IMG/VR virus record: IMGVR_UViG_3300021962_000031
From: a virus
DNA length: 64,000 nt
Direction: 5' to 3' (one strand)
The position numbers and the translations under genes are program-made. Numbering within the stretch: the stretch's first letter is position 1; each line of letters begins with the position of its first letter. The notes beneath the pieces are model-generated. The model worked only from the letters and a program-made list of their open reading frames with translations, had not been told where the DNA came from and did no database searches. Shown here in pieces: positions 29,129 through 38,461 of the stretch.

Positions 29129-31453
29129 TCAAAGAACACCTTTCTCTTCGGCGTCAATTCGTTCGCCAATCCAGGACATGCAATTACAAGCCATGCTGTT
29201 TCCAAGGGCTTTGTATCTCGGGCTGTCGGGAGAATCCTGCTTTTTCTTGTAGGGGATGTTCGTCCAACCGCAAGGAAATCCCTGGAGCGACTCGCACTCC
29301 TCCGGAGTAAGCCTGCGGACAACCATTGAGGGTGGTTTGCTCATGACATTCGGGACATTGTTCCCACCCGTTCCCCATTGCGCTTCTACGGTTGGGCTAA
29401 CTCCGACATTGACCCGCACCCCATCTCGCCTAGTGGCGTGATAGGCTACTCCTTGAGTGGCTGCTGCATCTACGGTGTAGCTGGAGCCGTCATCGTTCCA
29501 TCCACGACCGTTCTGCTTTTTGTCAATATCCCGTACATCTTGCACAGAAACGGCCATGTGCTTTGGTGGATTGTGTCTTTCGTCCCACCCATTCAGGCAA
29601 GCTGCGACTTCGGTTTCGTTGAAAGTCGGAGCCTCGTCTTTGCTGTGTGGATTGGTTGACTTCACATAAGCGACGGCGGCCGTCGCACAGCCCGTTTTGC
29701 TCCCGCACCCGATTGAGTGGCACTTGCCGTCATCTGATGGAATTGGGTCTTGGGTGGGATGAAACACGGCTACGCCGTGAACGCAAGCCTGAGTCACCGT
29801 GTGGGCTGGATCACCCGGATTGCCAACCCCCACTCCTTGGCGGTTCATCTCATCGTGCTTTTCGGGATCACGACCAGCATTGCGGAGATCAAGCGGGATT
29901 GGTTGACCAATCACATGACTTGGTCTGCTGGGCCTGTCCTCGCCTTCTGCGCGTAAGGTGCCGGAGACATTGTCCTCCATCCAGTAACCTTGGCCCGACT
30001 CTCGCATTGCTACTGATTGTTCGGAAACAGGCAGCATGTATCCGGCGGCTGCATGATCTGCGCTGTTGCTCCAACCACCAGAATTGGCGCAGGACTTCAT
30101 CGTTCCGGCCACATCCGGCACTTCGACAGGCTGCATGACAGTAGGCCCGCTGGCATTCACGCTGGAGCCTGGCGTTCCCATCGTCGCCGCCACATCGCCC
30201 GTGATCGCCCCGTTGTAGCAATCCGTCCCCACGGCGTGGAGGACGATAGGCTCGTGACCGTGCATCTCTCTGCGCAAAGTTCCGACCGTGCCATCCTGAA
30301 GGGTCTGCATGACGGAACCGCCCTGATCCATCAAAACCAAGTTCTCATTCACCGACACGGCAACCAACGGGGTGTTCCGTCCGCTGGCATTGCTGTTGGT
30401 GTTCAGGGTGTTGGCGATGTTGTTCGTCCGCACCTCTCCTACTTGGTTCTGGGCAAAGGCCATGGCCTCCACCACGGCAGCCACCTGAGCCGTGATTTCT
30501 GCCGACTGAGGACTGCGACTGGGATCGTTGGCAGCCGTCAGGGTCGGCGCAACAACCCCAGGAACAAACATGGGGCAGGCACTATCAACATGCTGATCCT
30601 CCAGCCCCTGCTTGTTTGCAAACGAGGCATTGAGTGAACAACTGACATCAGCTGGCCAGTTCAATTTGCCCTGAAGAACCGCCGGAAAACGATTCTTTTC
30701 CGGCATGGTTTGCCCCTTGGCAAGGACGGCGTCCAAGGTCTGGCTGACCTGGCTACCGTCCCACCAACAACCTACGACTGGGTCTTGTCCTCGGGATTCT
30801 CCTGTTCGCTCGACGCCTCGACTACTGCTAACAAGGCTCGGTGCAACATCTCTGGCAACGCCTTGCCCCGTTTTTCTGCGCGTCGGAGGATTCCCGCACA
30901 AGCTTTCGGACTTAAAAAGTATCTTGGCGGCACTACCCCTCTCTCCAAGACATCCGACAACGAACACACGGCGTCTACGTTGTGGGACGGCGTGTGGAAA
31001 CTGTTGTGTTCGGACCCATTGAGCGTCAAGAACCCGGTAGGCGAGGTCATACCCCAGGTCCCCCAACGCCCCGAGGAGGGTTCCAAAATCCCGTCCTCCG
31101 TTTGATGTGAGAACACCGGGGACATTTTCCCAGATGATATATTTAGGTCGGTAACGCCCAGCGATTCCAACATAGTCAAGCATGAGGCCCCCGCGGGGGT
31201 CAGAGAGTCCTTTCCTGAGTCCCGCAACGCTGAAGCTCTGACAAGGCGTGCCGCCGACGAGGACTTCGATCTTTTCATCTGGCCACTCTCTCCACTTCGT
31301 CATGTCGCCCCAGTTTGGCACCCCAGGGAAATGGTGTTTCAAAACTGCGGCAGGAAACGGCTCAATCTCGGAAAAGGCCACAGGGGTCCATCCCAGATGA
31401 TGCCAGGCTCTGCTGGCAGCTTCGATACCGCTACATACGCTCAAGTAACGCAT
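29129..31453 (-). CDS. C5-cytosine DNA methyltransferase with greatly expanded variable region
   Basis: SVCSGI (I), GGTPCQSFS (IV), WENVPG (VI), QRRRRVF (VIII), RRLTPEECESLQGFP and YKALGNS (C-terminal); likely start ATG 31453. Confidence 0.92.
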   Translation of the reverse strand: MRYLSVCSGIEAASRAWHHLGWTPVAFSEIEPFPAAVLKHHFPGVPNWGDMTKWREWPDEKIEVLVGGTPCQSFSVAGLRKGLSDPRGGLMLDYVGIAGRYRPKYIIWENVPGVLTSNGGRDFGTLLGALGDLGYDLAYRVLDAQWVRTQQFPHAVPQRRRRVFVVGCLGERGSAAKILFKSESLCGNPPTRRKTGQGVARDVAPSLVSSSRGVERTGESRGQDPVVGCWWDGSQVSQTLDAVLAKGQTMPEKNRFPAVLQGKLNWPADVSCSLNASFANKQGLEDQHVDSACPMFVPGVVAPTLTAANDPSRSPQSAEITAQVAAVVEAMAFAQNQVGEVRTNNIANTLNTNSNASGRNTPLVAVSVNENLVLMDQGGSVMQTLQDGTVGTLRREMHGHEPIVLHAVGTDCYNGAITGDVAATMGTPGSSVNASGPTVMQPVEVPDVAGTMKSCANSGGWSNSADHAAAGYMLPVSEQSVAMRESGQGYWMEDNVSGTLRAEGEDRPSRPSHVIGQPIPLDLRNAGRDPEKHDEMNRQGVGVGNPGDPAHTVTQACVHGVAVFHPTQDPIPSDDGKCHSIGCGSKTGCATAAVAYVKSTNPHSKDEAPTFNETEVAACLNGWDERHNPPKHMAVSVQDVRDIDKKQNGRGWNDDGSSYTVDAAATQGVAYHATRRDGVRVNVGVSPTVEAQWGTGGNNVPNVMSKPPSMVVRRLTPEECESLQGFPCGWTNIPYKKKQDSPDSPRYKALGNSMACNCMSWIGERIDAEEKGVL
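30772..31278 (-). CDS. nested alternative-frame ORF, candidate beta polypeptide of the MTase (M.EcoHK31I-like)
   Basis: CSLSDVLE...VPPRYFLSPKACAGILRRAEKRGKALP, same strand, different frame, wholly inside the MTase. Confidence 0.7.
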   Translation of the reverse strand: MKRSKSSSAARLVRASALRDSGKDSLTPAGASCLTMLESLGVTDLNISSGKMSPVFSHQTEDGILEPSSGRWGTWGMTSPTGFLTLNGSEHNSFHTPSHNVDAVCSLSDVLERGVVPPRYFLSPKACAGILRRAEKRGKALPEMLHRALLAVVEASSEQENPEDKTQS

Positions 31454-31671
31454 TATTTTCGATCCTTGATAGGTCCCAAAGTAAAATCGACTTCTAGGCC
31501 CGAGTTCCTGTGCAGATGTGCCGTGTAGTAATCTACGAACCAACCCGGCACAATTTTCACGGACACAATTCGCCAACCATCGGTTTCAGCATCAGCAATA
31601 TTCTTGAACCATCTGCGGATACGGAAATCCTTGATTGTTAATAACTCTGTTCCGGTGGATAGATTGATCAT
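31453..31671 (-). CDS. hypothetical protein
   Basis: 72 aa, coupled at both ends. Confidence 0.55.
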   Translation of the reverse strand: MINLSTGTELLTIKDFRIRRWFKNIADAETDGWRIVSVKIVPGWFVDYYTAHLHRNSGLEVDFTLGPIKDRK

Positions 31672-32165
31672 TGCTGGCTCAAAGCAAAAAGCTGAGCAGT
31701 TGTCGTGGAATAGAACCTATCATCCGGCCCGAAGCTGACCCGCTTCCCCTCGTCGGTAATCTGAATGCCATTCAGGGTGATGGATTTGTCGGCCTCGTTG
31801 GCCGGGTTGGTGATGGCCGAGATGGGAATGGTAAAAGTCTCAAAGGCCCCGTTGACCAACTCAAAACTTTCAAAGCCTTGGAGGGCACGGATGGAAAGCA
31901 AACGCCCCTTGGGTTCGTCGCTGGCCAGAATGGCCTGGACATCCGCAAAAGGCGCCCAGGTTGGCTTGAGGGCCTCGTAAATCAACTGTTGCTGCCAAAG
32001 ATTGTCCCGCTGCCCCATTTCCTTCTTGGCCTCATCAAGACCTCGGGAAACATTGACATACGCATCAGTAATGCGTTGGTGCAGGGCTGTGTTTTGGGAG
32101 ATTTGAAGAAGACTGTCTAGGATATCCCGCGCATCTTCAAGAAGTTGATTGGACATTATTAACAC
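31668..32165 (-). CDS. hypothetical protein
   Basis: 165-aa ORF. Confidence 0.6.
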   Translation of the reverse strand: MLIMSNQLLEDARDILDSLLQISQNTALHQRITDAYVNVSRGLDEAKKEMGQRDNLWQQQLIYEALKPTWAPFADVQAILASDEPKGRLLSIRALQGFESFELVNGAFETFTIPISAITNPANEADKSITLNGIQITDEGKRVSFGPDDRFYSTTTAQLFALSQQ

Positions 32166-32242
32166 CCTTAATCTTAAACGATGTAATAGACTAATCTATT
32201 ATATTGCTAAGCAGGGTGTTTGTTAAGCAAAAAAATCGGAAT

Positions 32243-32710
32243 TTACTCTGGACGAGAAAATAGAATGCCGTCCAAATCCCGCCCATACATGTTTCGGACT
32301 AGTCGCCCCTGCCAGCCTTTGGCTTGGAAAAAAGCGATACTGTCTGAATCGTGTTCACGCACCTGAGCTAAAAATTTGTTGCTCACACTGCGCGTCAGAA
32401 TCTCTTCAAGCAAGGCAGAGCCAAGCCCGCGGCGACGGAAAAGAGGGTGTACAACCAGTCGCTCGATGGTCGTGCTGGAACGATCTTTGTTCTTGCTGAT
32501 CACGGCGTAGCCGCCCACCACCGGCCCCTCGCAAGCCACATAAAACACCGTAGATTTCCGGCGAACTTCAGAGATGAATTTCTGTTCGTCCCAATAAGAT
32601 GGGTGGATGATTTCACCGAAATCTGAGTCGATATAGGTCCACGCCCCCCGTTCGACCTCAAGAACATCGGGCAGGTGTCGCTTGACCATGTATTCGATGC
32701 TGATATCCAT
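32243..32710 (-). CDS. GNAT acetyltransferase (RimI-like)
   Basis: HLPDVLEVE, IERLVVHPLFRRRGLGSALL, AFFQAKGW. Confidence 0.85.
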   Translation of the reverse strand: MDISIEYMVKRHLPDVLEVERGAWTYIDSDFGEIIHPSYWDEQKFISEVRRKSTVFYVACEGPVVGGYAVISKNKDRSSTTIERLVVHPLFRRRGLGSALLEEILTRSVSNKFLAQVREHDSDSIAFFQAKGWQGRLVRNMYGRDLDGILFSRPE

Positions 32711-32826
32711 CAGTTCGACTCCTAGGTGGATCATCAGCATATACCCCAGCATGTTTGGGTGGATCACTCGTCATATATTACCCAGAATTGATGTAGATAA
32801 GTGCTTTAGGCAGCAGCAGTAGCGAT

Positions 32827-33258
32827 TTAGAAAAGGATGGTGAAGCGGTCGTCCAAGATGCCTTCAAGAAGTGGTCGGATTTGAACCCAGCGCAAACCAC
32901 CATGTCCGCAACCGAGTCTGGGCAGGTAAACTTCTTCGATTTTGTTTTCCCAGGCCCAGTGGGCCAAGAATAAAACCGAGCGTTGAATTAGTCCTAGGTC
33001 TGATTTTTCTGAAAAGTGATGCTTAACTGGCACGGAAATAACCTGCAACCAAGCTACAGCGCATGGGACATTCCCGTGATCCCGCACATGGTAGCCCCAG
33101 GTTCGGTCTAGCCCAGGCCATTTCTCCTTGGCCTCACGAGCTATGCCAGCACCCATGATCAACCGAGGGCCTTTGACCGAATGGGTAATCACCCCGCTGG
33201 TCGGTATGCCCACCCACCCGTGTTTTTGCGCAAAAATATCACCCCTGCGTTCGCGCAT
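32827..33258 (-). CDS. macrodomain-like protein
   Basis: GDIF, MGAGIA, PVKHHF..KSDLGLI, LPRLGCGHGGLRW. Confidence 0.85.
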   Translation of the reverse strand: MRERRGDIFAQKHGWVGIPTSGVITHSVKGPRLIMGAGIAREAKEKWPGLDRTWGYHVRDHGNVPCAVAWLQVISVPVKHHFSEKSDLGLIQRSVLFLAHWAWENKIEEVYLPRLGCGHGGLRWVQIRPLLEGILDDRFTILF

Positions 33259-33747
33259 TTGATTCTTTTGAATCCTTGTTTCAATTTAACTATCAACCCT
33301 GATTGCCAGTCTTCACCTTGCAGTTGCTTATCCAAAGACTTTACGCCGACAAGAGAGGCTCTCAGCCTGCTGGGAGACTTCTCCCGTAGACGCTAGCCGA
33401 CCGCAGGGAGGCGTTCTTCAAAACCTTGCAACCCTGTTTTGCCATCAATCCTCTGCAAAGACATGAGGACCCCCGGAAAAGAAGAAAAACAGCGCAGGAA
33501 GGAATTCCTTTTTGGCTCCCGGGTCATCCTGTCGGACGATGCTTTTCCCTGGAGACGGAGGATTGCGATTCCCCCTCCCGGCCGTGAAGTCCTCTGTACC
33601 ATACCGGGCACTACGCTTACGACAGATTGCTCTGAAGGACCACTACACGACGGTCGGGGTCTTCGACCTACGCCATTGACCGCAGTCCTGCTGGCGTGAC
33701 AGCTTGCCCGAGCCTGGTGGGCTATGTACGGAACTTTGTCCTGCATC

Positions 33748-33777
33748 ACTATAACCATGTGGAGTCACGAATGTAAA
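33748..33777 (-). promoter_or_regulatory. sigma70-like promoter
   Basis: TTTACA-18 nt-TATAGT on the minus strand, facing a ~490-nt stretch with no convincing ORF. Confidence 0.45.
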
Positions 33778-33794
33778 ACCGGAAAAATGATCTA

Positions 33795-34268
33795 ATGAAA
33801 AGAATGAACCTAACTACTGTTCAAGACAAATCTTGCGGCGAATGTGATGTTTGCTGTCGAATCCTTGAGGTTCGCGAATTAGACAAGCCTGAATACACGG
33901 ACTGCGCCCACAGGAAAAGAGGGGGTGGTTGCGGTATTTGGACCGACCCATCCCGTCCTTCTGTGTGTGGCAGTTGGAACTGTGCTTTTTTGTATGGGTG
34001 GATTCCTGAACATCTGCGACCGGACAAGAGCGGTGTGATGTTGTATCCGGTTGCGGCCCACCAGACTCCGGCTGGGTTAGCGCATTTGGCCGGGCAGGAG
34101 GTCTGGGCTGGCGCCCTCGACTCCCCACCCGGCCAGGAACTGTTTCAGAATTTGTCGAAGAAGATGCTGACGGTGGTCCGGCTTTACGGCACTCAGATGT
34201 TCCGTGCGGCCGGAGCCAATGTCGAGGTCTGGAGGGAACGGGTCACTCAAAATCCTTCCCAGTCTTAG
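33795..34268 (+). CDS. YkgJ-like Cys-cluster (Zn/Fe-chelating) protein
   Basis: CGECDVCC...KPEYTDCAH...CGIW..RPSVCGSWNCAFL...RPDKSG; the only convincing plus-strand gene before 59 kb. Confidence 0.75.
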   Translation: MKRMNLTTVQDKSCGECDVCCRILEVRELDKPEYTDCAHRKRGGGCGIWTDPSRPSVCGSWNCAFLYGWIPEHLRPDKSGVMLYPVAAHQTPAGLAHLAGQEVWAGALDSPPGQELFQNLSKKMLTVVRLYGTQMFRAAGANVEVWRERVTQNPSQS

Positions 34269-34593
34269 GATCGACATTCGGGATGTCAATTTCGTCCAGC
34301 TTGATCTGATCCATCACCACCGCAGAGAAGGCTTCCCAGCCTCCTTCTGGCAGCGGCTCCACCGTGTCGGTGTCGGCGTTGTACGCCTCACCAATCGACT
34401 TCACTCTGGGATTGATCGGCTTGCCGACCCATTCCTCGCTAGAACGCCCCGTGAAACAGCATTCAAAGTCTTTCAGTTTCCATGAAATGTCGCCAGTCAT
34501 GGTGACCGTGGCGAACCATGTGGTGCCGTTGATCGTGGCTTGGATTTCCTCCAGGTCCCATTCCCAGGTATTCTTTTCCGGTTCCTCAACCAT
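34243..34593 (-). CDS. hypothetical protein
   Basis: 116 aa, acidic, GGAGG RBS. Confidence 0.6.
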   Translation of the reverse strand: MVEEPEKNTWEWDLEEIQATINGTTWFATVTMTGDISWKLKDFECCFTGRSSEEWVGKPINPRVKSIGEAYNADTDTVEPLPEGGWEAFSAVVMDQIKLDEIDIPNVDPKTGKDFE

Positions 34594-34607
34594 CGCTGCC
34601 TCCCGTG

Positions 34608-35072
34608 TTAGAATTCACCACGACGACACCTGTTGCACCGCACCAGCCCCTTGGCTAGTCCGCGCACCCCGCACTCCGTGCAGCAGTTGTCCACCATATC
34701 AACATCCCGATGGGGCAGATAACCCCCCTTCAGCCAAGGGAAGGTCTTGTAGTACTCCTCCCGACCGCCCCAGATGCGATACAGCCGTTCCTGCTGCACG
34801 GCGGCCTTGCGCTTGTCCAGATCGGCCTCGCCGCACCGGGAGACAATCTCGGCCATGACGGTGTTCTCGTCGCCGACCGGCCTGGATTTGTCGCCGATCT
34901 CGCCGTGGTAAACCCGGATCAGGCCGGACTCGTCCTTGCCATCGAACCAGTATCGTCCGGTGTCGCTGGAATACGAACCCGAACTCGACGGCCCTCCTGG
35001 GCTGCTCCGAACTTTCCGCATGAAGCGGATGCCATCGATCATCACACAATCCAAATCTGTCAAGCTTTCCAT
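34608..35072 (-). CDS. hypothetical protein with C-terminal Zn ribbon
   Basis: CTECG...CNRC; GGAGG RBS. Confidence 0.65.
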   Translation of the reverse strand: MESLTDLDCVMIDGIRFMRKVRSSPGGPSSSGSYSSDTGRYWFDGKDESGLIRVYHGEIGDKSRPVGDENTVMAEIVSRCGEADLDKRKAAVQQERLYRIWGGREEYYKTFPWLKGGYLPHRDVDMVDNCCTECGVRGLAKGLVRCNRCRRGEF

Positions 35073-35086
35073 CGCAAACCCTCCTG

Positions 35087-35368
35087 TTAGGACAACTCGT
35101 CAAAAACCAGATGCTTTTCTCTTGTCAGCGATTCCCAGTCTTTGTGCCCCTCCTCGTAGAAAATCACCGGGAAGGGAGCGTAGTCTGGCGAGTCTTTTTC
35201 GTTGTAGCCAGGCGCGCCGATTAGTATGTCACATAATTCCTTGCGGATCACCGCCACACCATTCCTAGAGAGGGATGCGGTGAATGTCGGGGCGCATTTC
35301 CGCATGTTCTCCCACCACAGGTCGGCATTGTTCTCGCAGTCGATCACCACCGCCACATACTTGCTCAT
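35087..35368 (-). CDS. hypothetical protein
   Basis: Start overlaps the stop of the LexA-like gene. Confidence 0.55.
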   Translation of the reverse strand: MSKYVAVVIDCENNADLWWENMRKCAPTFTASLSRNGVAVIRKELCDILIGAPGYNEKDSPDYAPFPVIFYEEGHKDWESLTREKHLVFDELS

Positions 35369-35682
35369 TTCATTCCCCCCACTATTTCCTTGACCACCCC
35401 GCGGTTCATTTCCGGTATCTCCTGCTTGTTCCGCACAGCCCTGAAGCTGATGCCTGGTATTCTCAGACATCTTTCGCCTCCTTGGGGAGGTTTTTCCAGA
35501 TAGCCTTTTTTCTCAAGTTGCCAAACCCTCTGTGTCACCGCATGTCTTGTTGTCCCAATGATCAGGGCTAGCTCGTCCCGGCTCGGTTGGTAGCCGTTCT
35601 TTTCTGTTAGAGAGATGATCAGCTTCAGAACCTCCTTCTGTTTGTCTGTGATCTCCTCAATCGGCTTTCTTCCTCTTGGCAT
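35365..35682 (-). CDS. LexA-type winged-helix DNA-binding protein (no peptidase domain)
   Basis: ITDKQKEVL..I.....NGYQPSRDELA...AV..RV..LEKKGYL. Confidence 0.8.
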   Translation of the reverse strand: MPRGRKPIEEITDKQKEVLKLIISLTEKNGYQPSRDELALIIGTTRHAVTQRVWQLEKKGYLEKPPQGGERCLRIPGISFRAVRNKQEIPEMNRGVVKEIVGGMK

Positions 35683-35691
35683 TGTTTCTCC

Positions 35692-36006
35692 TTATGCGAT
35701 CAGTTCCGGATTGTGCCTTGAAACGCGTCCCCGCTTCCTACCGTTGACAACCATCTGTATGCCTTCCAGCGAACGCCAGTTTGCCAGGGCCTTCTTCATG
35801 GACGCCACGCTGGGGAAAGTAATCGTCAACCTGCCTTCTTTGGCTAGGACAGTAAGATGGGCAAATGAACCGGCCACCTCCAGAATAATTTTTCTGGGGT
35901 GGCCTTTGGAAACTGTCTGACGGAAATGATCGTAGTGACGAAACACCACGATCTCGCCGTTGTTTTTTACCAGCCTCATCGTTTTCTCCCGACATACCGT
36001 GTGCAA
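35692..36006 (-). CDS. hypothetical protein
   Basis: ORF in tandem run. Confidence 0.55.
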   Translation of the reverse strand: MHTVCREKTMRLVKNNGEIVVFRHYDHFRQTVSKGHPRKIILEVAGSFAHLTVLAKEGRLTITFPSVASMKKALANWRSLEGIQMVVNGRKRGRVSRHNPELIA

Positions 36007-36085
36007 CCCCAGGAGATTTCCTCAAGCTCATCGAAGAACGACTTGAAAAAGACTAGTGTAAGGCCGATTGCAAAAGCAATTCCCA

Positions 36086-36397
36086 TCAGCTGTGCCCCTT
36101 ATCGTTGAGGAATTTGTCAACAGTCTGCACCACATGTTCAAAACATGCGCGAACAATCACATCTTTTTCGTTGTATTCCTCGACGCTTGCGCCCAGCCAG
36201 CTGCGAATAGTTTGTTTCTCCTGGGGGGTGGCCCACTCTGCCACTTCCTCAAAAGTCCTGACCCGTTCATCGACCCAGCCCCATGTCTCCGGCGACCACT
36301 TCGGCGGCCCCTTTGACTCAAGCGATGCGGTGTCGTTGCCGAATCGCTTGAGGATGTCCTGTTCGCACTTCGCAAAAATCTTCAGTAGTCTGTTCAT
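36086..36397 (-). CDS. hypothetical protein
   Basis: 103 aa, GGAGG RBS. Confidence 0.6.
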   Translation of the reverse strand: MNRLLKIFAKCEQDILKRFGNDTASLESKGPPKWSPETWGWVDERVRTFEEVAEWATPQEKQTIRSWLGASVEEYNEKDVIVRACFEHVVQTVDKFLNDKGHS

Positions 36398-36874
36398 TGA
36401 TCACCTCCGTTGTCCCATTCCCAATAAAAAAACAACCATTGCGTGGCCAAAAGACCAGCAATTACCAGAATTTGAACCATAACTTTACCTCCTAGTAAGT
36501 CAAAGTCCATTGAAACTCAACCGACTCAACCGGACGGGCCTGGTTGTAGGGGTCGAACTTGCTCTTGACGGTCATCGACCGTTGGCAACAGCAACCAACC
36601 ACAAAGGCGGCGACAAATACCAAGATCATCTTGATCATTGCATTTCCTCCCAGATCGTCCCTGCCAGGATGTCCTCGCTGTCCCACTCAAGCATTCGCCA
36701 CGCAACCCGTGTCGCAAATTCCTGCCGTTGTTCATCGGTCATCACCTCGTACATGACCTGCTCGATTGCGACTAGCTTTGCCAGCAGTTTTGCTTCCATT
36801 CCGCTCATCGTTTCCTCCATGAAAAGACATAACGCCATAGAACAGCTTATTGTTAGGCCACAAAATATGCAAGT

Positions 36875-37198
36875 CTATTTAAAGGCAAACCATCCTTCCT
36901 CCAGAAGCCTAAAGGCCATGTCATATTTTTTGAGTTTCGGAGACTCGCCCGCCCTCATTCTGAGCCAGTCGATGATGTTGCCGCAGACGATACCCTCATC
37001 CGAAGCACCCATCTCCTTGATTGTTTTGCTTTCAGGAGACCACAACTCAAAACGAATCGTCCTAGCCCATGCCTGGTCAGCCAGGTGTTGGGCGTCCTTT
37101 TCGTTGACGAATTCCTTAGCCGTTTCAAAAACAGACTCGGCGGCGATGTCTGCCTGTTCGGATGCAAGGTCGATCCATGTGGTGGTTGTCTCGTTCAT
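36875..37198 (-). CDS. hypothetical protein
   Basis: Coupled to the SWIM gene. Confidence 0.55.
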   Translation of the reverse strand: MNETTTTWIDLASEQADIAAESVFETAKEFVNEKDAQHLADQAWARTIRFELWSPESKTIKEMGASDEGIVCGNIIDWLRMRAGESPKLKKYDMAFRLLEEGWFAFK

Positions 37199-37470
37199 TC
37201 CGTCACCCCTTTCCTCAAGCTTGCAATTAGGAACGCCCTGGCTGCCTCGATGTGTTTGCACCGCCTTTCCCGGAAGGTCGCATCCGGGCAGTCGCAGCTG
37301 TCGTGTTCGCATCCATCGTTGGAGAGGAACACATTGTACTTCGCACGATCATCGTGCAATTTTTCGTACTGAAACCCGCGGCCGTTCCAGTCAACGGGAA
37401 ACTCGTGCAGCAGATACCGCCCGCTTCCTCCACGCCCCGGCAAAGAAATCAAGTTCTTTTTCTGAGTCAT
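37195..37470 (-). CDS. SWIM zinc-finger protein
   Basis: YNV...SCDCPDATFRERRCKHI. Confidence 0.8.
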   Translation of the reverse strand: MTQKKNLISLPGRGGSGRYLLHEFPVDWNGRGFQYEKLHDDRAKYNVFLSNDGCEHDSCDCPDATFRERRCKHIEAARAFLIASLRKGVTE

Positions 37471-37698
37471 GTTCAGTCCTCCCACTTTGCGTTTGGAAAT
37501 TCTTGGCGCAGAATCTTCTTGAAGTCCACGCCAAGCTCGGCCAGATGGGCAGAAGCCAGCCCGGCCAACAGTTGATAAGAATCTGCCAGAGGATTCTTCT
37601 TGGCTTTCAGCCTCTTGATCTTCCGGATCACGATGCGGTAAGCCTTGATCGTCCGTTTCACATGCTCATCTTTCGTCATCACAAACCCCCTTTCACCA

Positions 37699-38436
37699 TT
37701 ATTGCAGTTTGTTTTTCGTTTGACCCACCGATTTCGCCAGAAGGTCCCATTCGTTTTCGTCTTGCTCGATCAGTTTTTCCTCTCCCCTGTCTATTTTCTT
37801 GACCAAGGCCTGGAAACTTCTTGCCTTAATCTTGAAGTTCCACCCAACCCCAGGAGCCATGTTCTCTGCCGTGAATGGGATTAGATCGATGAACGCTTCA
37901 TCGCAAGGCACACCCAGCGTGCCAGCCAGGGATTCAAGATCGTCCCATTCCGTGGTCAGGGCACCGCAAGCCTTTCCTTTGAAAATGGTCACCGTGCCGT
38001 GGTAGATTTCCTTTTTGGGGTCTGTGTGGATCGTGATCGGGCCTGACTTGCCTTCAAACGCGTTCCGCATCTTCTCCCACACCCCAGGGGCAAAGTCCTC
38101 CCAGATAGCCTGTTCGTCACTCCACATGGAGTAGCGAAGATCAACCGACACCTCCTCGGCTGGTTTGTCCTCCATTTCCTTCCTAGCGAAGAACCTCAAT
38201 GTCGGAGCGTGTTTGCTGCCGCAAACGGACATCTTCAAACCGTAGCTGTTGGCAACGGATCGGATGTGGATCAAACATGCCTGGACATCGTTCTTCAGAC
38301 AACAGACTTCGCTCCTCTTCAGCTTGTCATAGTCGGAACCGTAAAGCTTGTCGAGAACCGACTTGCACTCGCCGTCAACGGGGAAAAGCCCCCGTCCCAG
38401 AATTGAATTCCGCAGTTGCAATTTGCATTTCAACAT
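37699..38436 (-). CDS. hypothetical protein; C-terminus encoded by the repeated motif
   Basis: 245 aa, GGAGG RBS, ends VGQTKNKLQ*. Confidence 0.65.
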   Translation of the reverse strand: MLKCKLQLRNSILGRGLFPVDGECKSVLDKLYGSDYDKLKRSEVCCLKNDVQACLIHIRSVANSYGLKMSVCGSKHAPTLRFFARKEMEDKPAEEVSVDLRYSMWSDEQAIWEDFAPGVWEKMRNAFEGKSGPITIHTDPKKEIYHGTVTIFKGKACGALTTEWDDLESLAGTLGVPCDEAFIDLIPFTAENMAPGVGWNFKIKARSFQALVKKIDRGEEKLIEQDENEWDLLAKSVGQTKNKLQ

Positions 38437-38461
38437 TAAACTGTCCTCCTAGAAAAGTCAA

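Noticed and set aside
36510-37802. 430-aa plus-strand ORF (also 1015-1830, 8536-9462, 49866-50807)
   Set aside because: Antisense to well-formed minus-strand genes with RBSs; composition is not protein-like.
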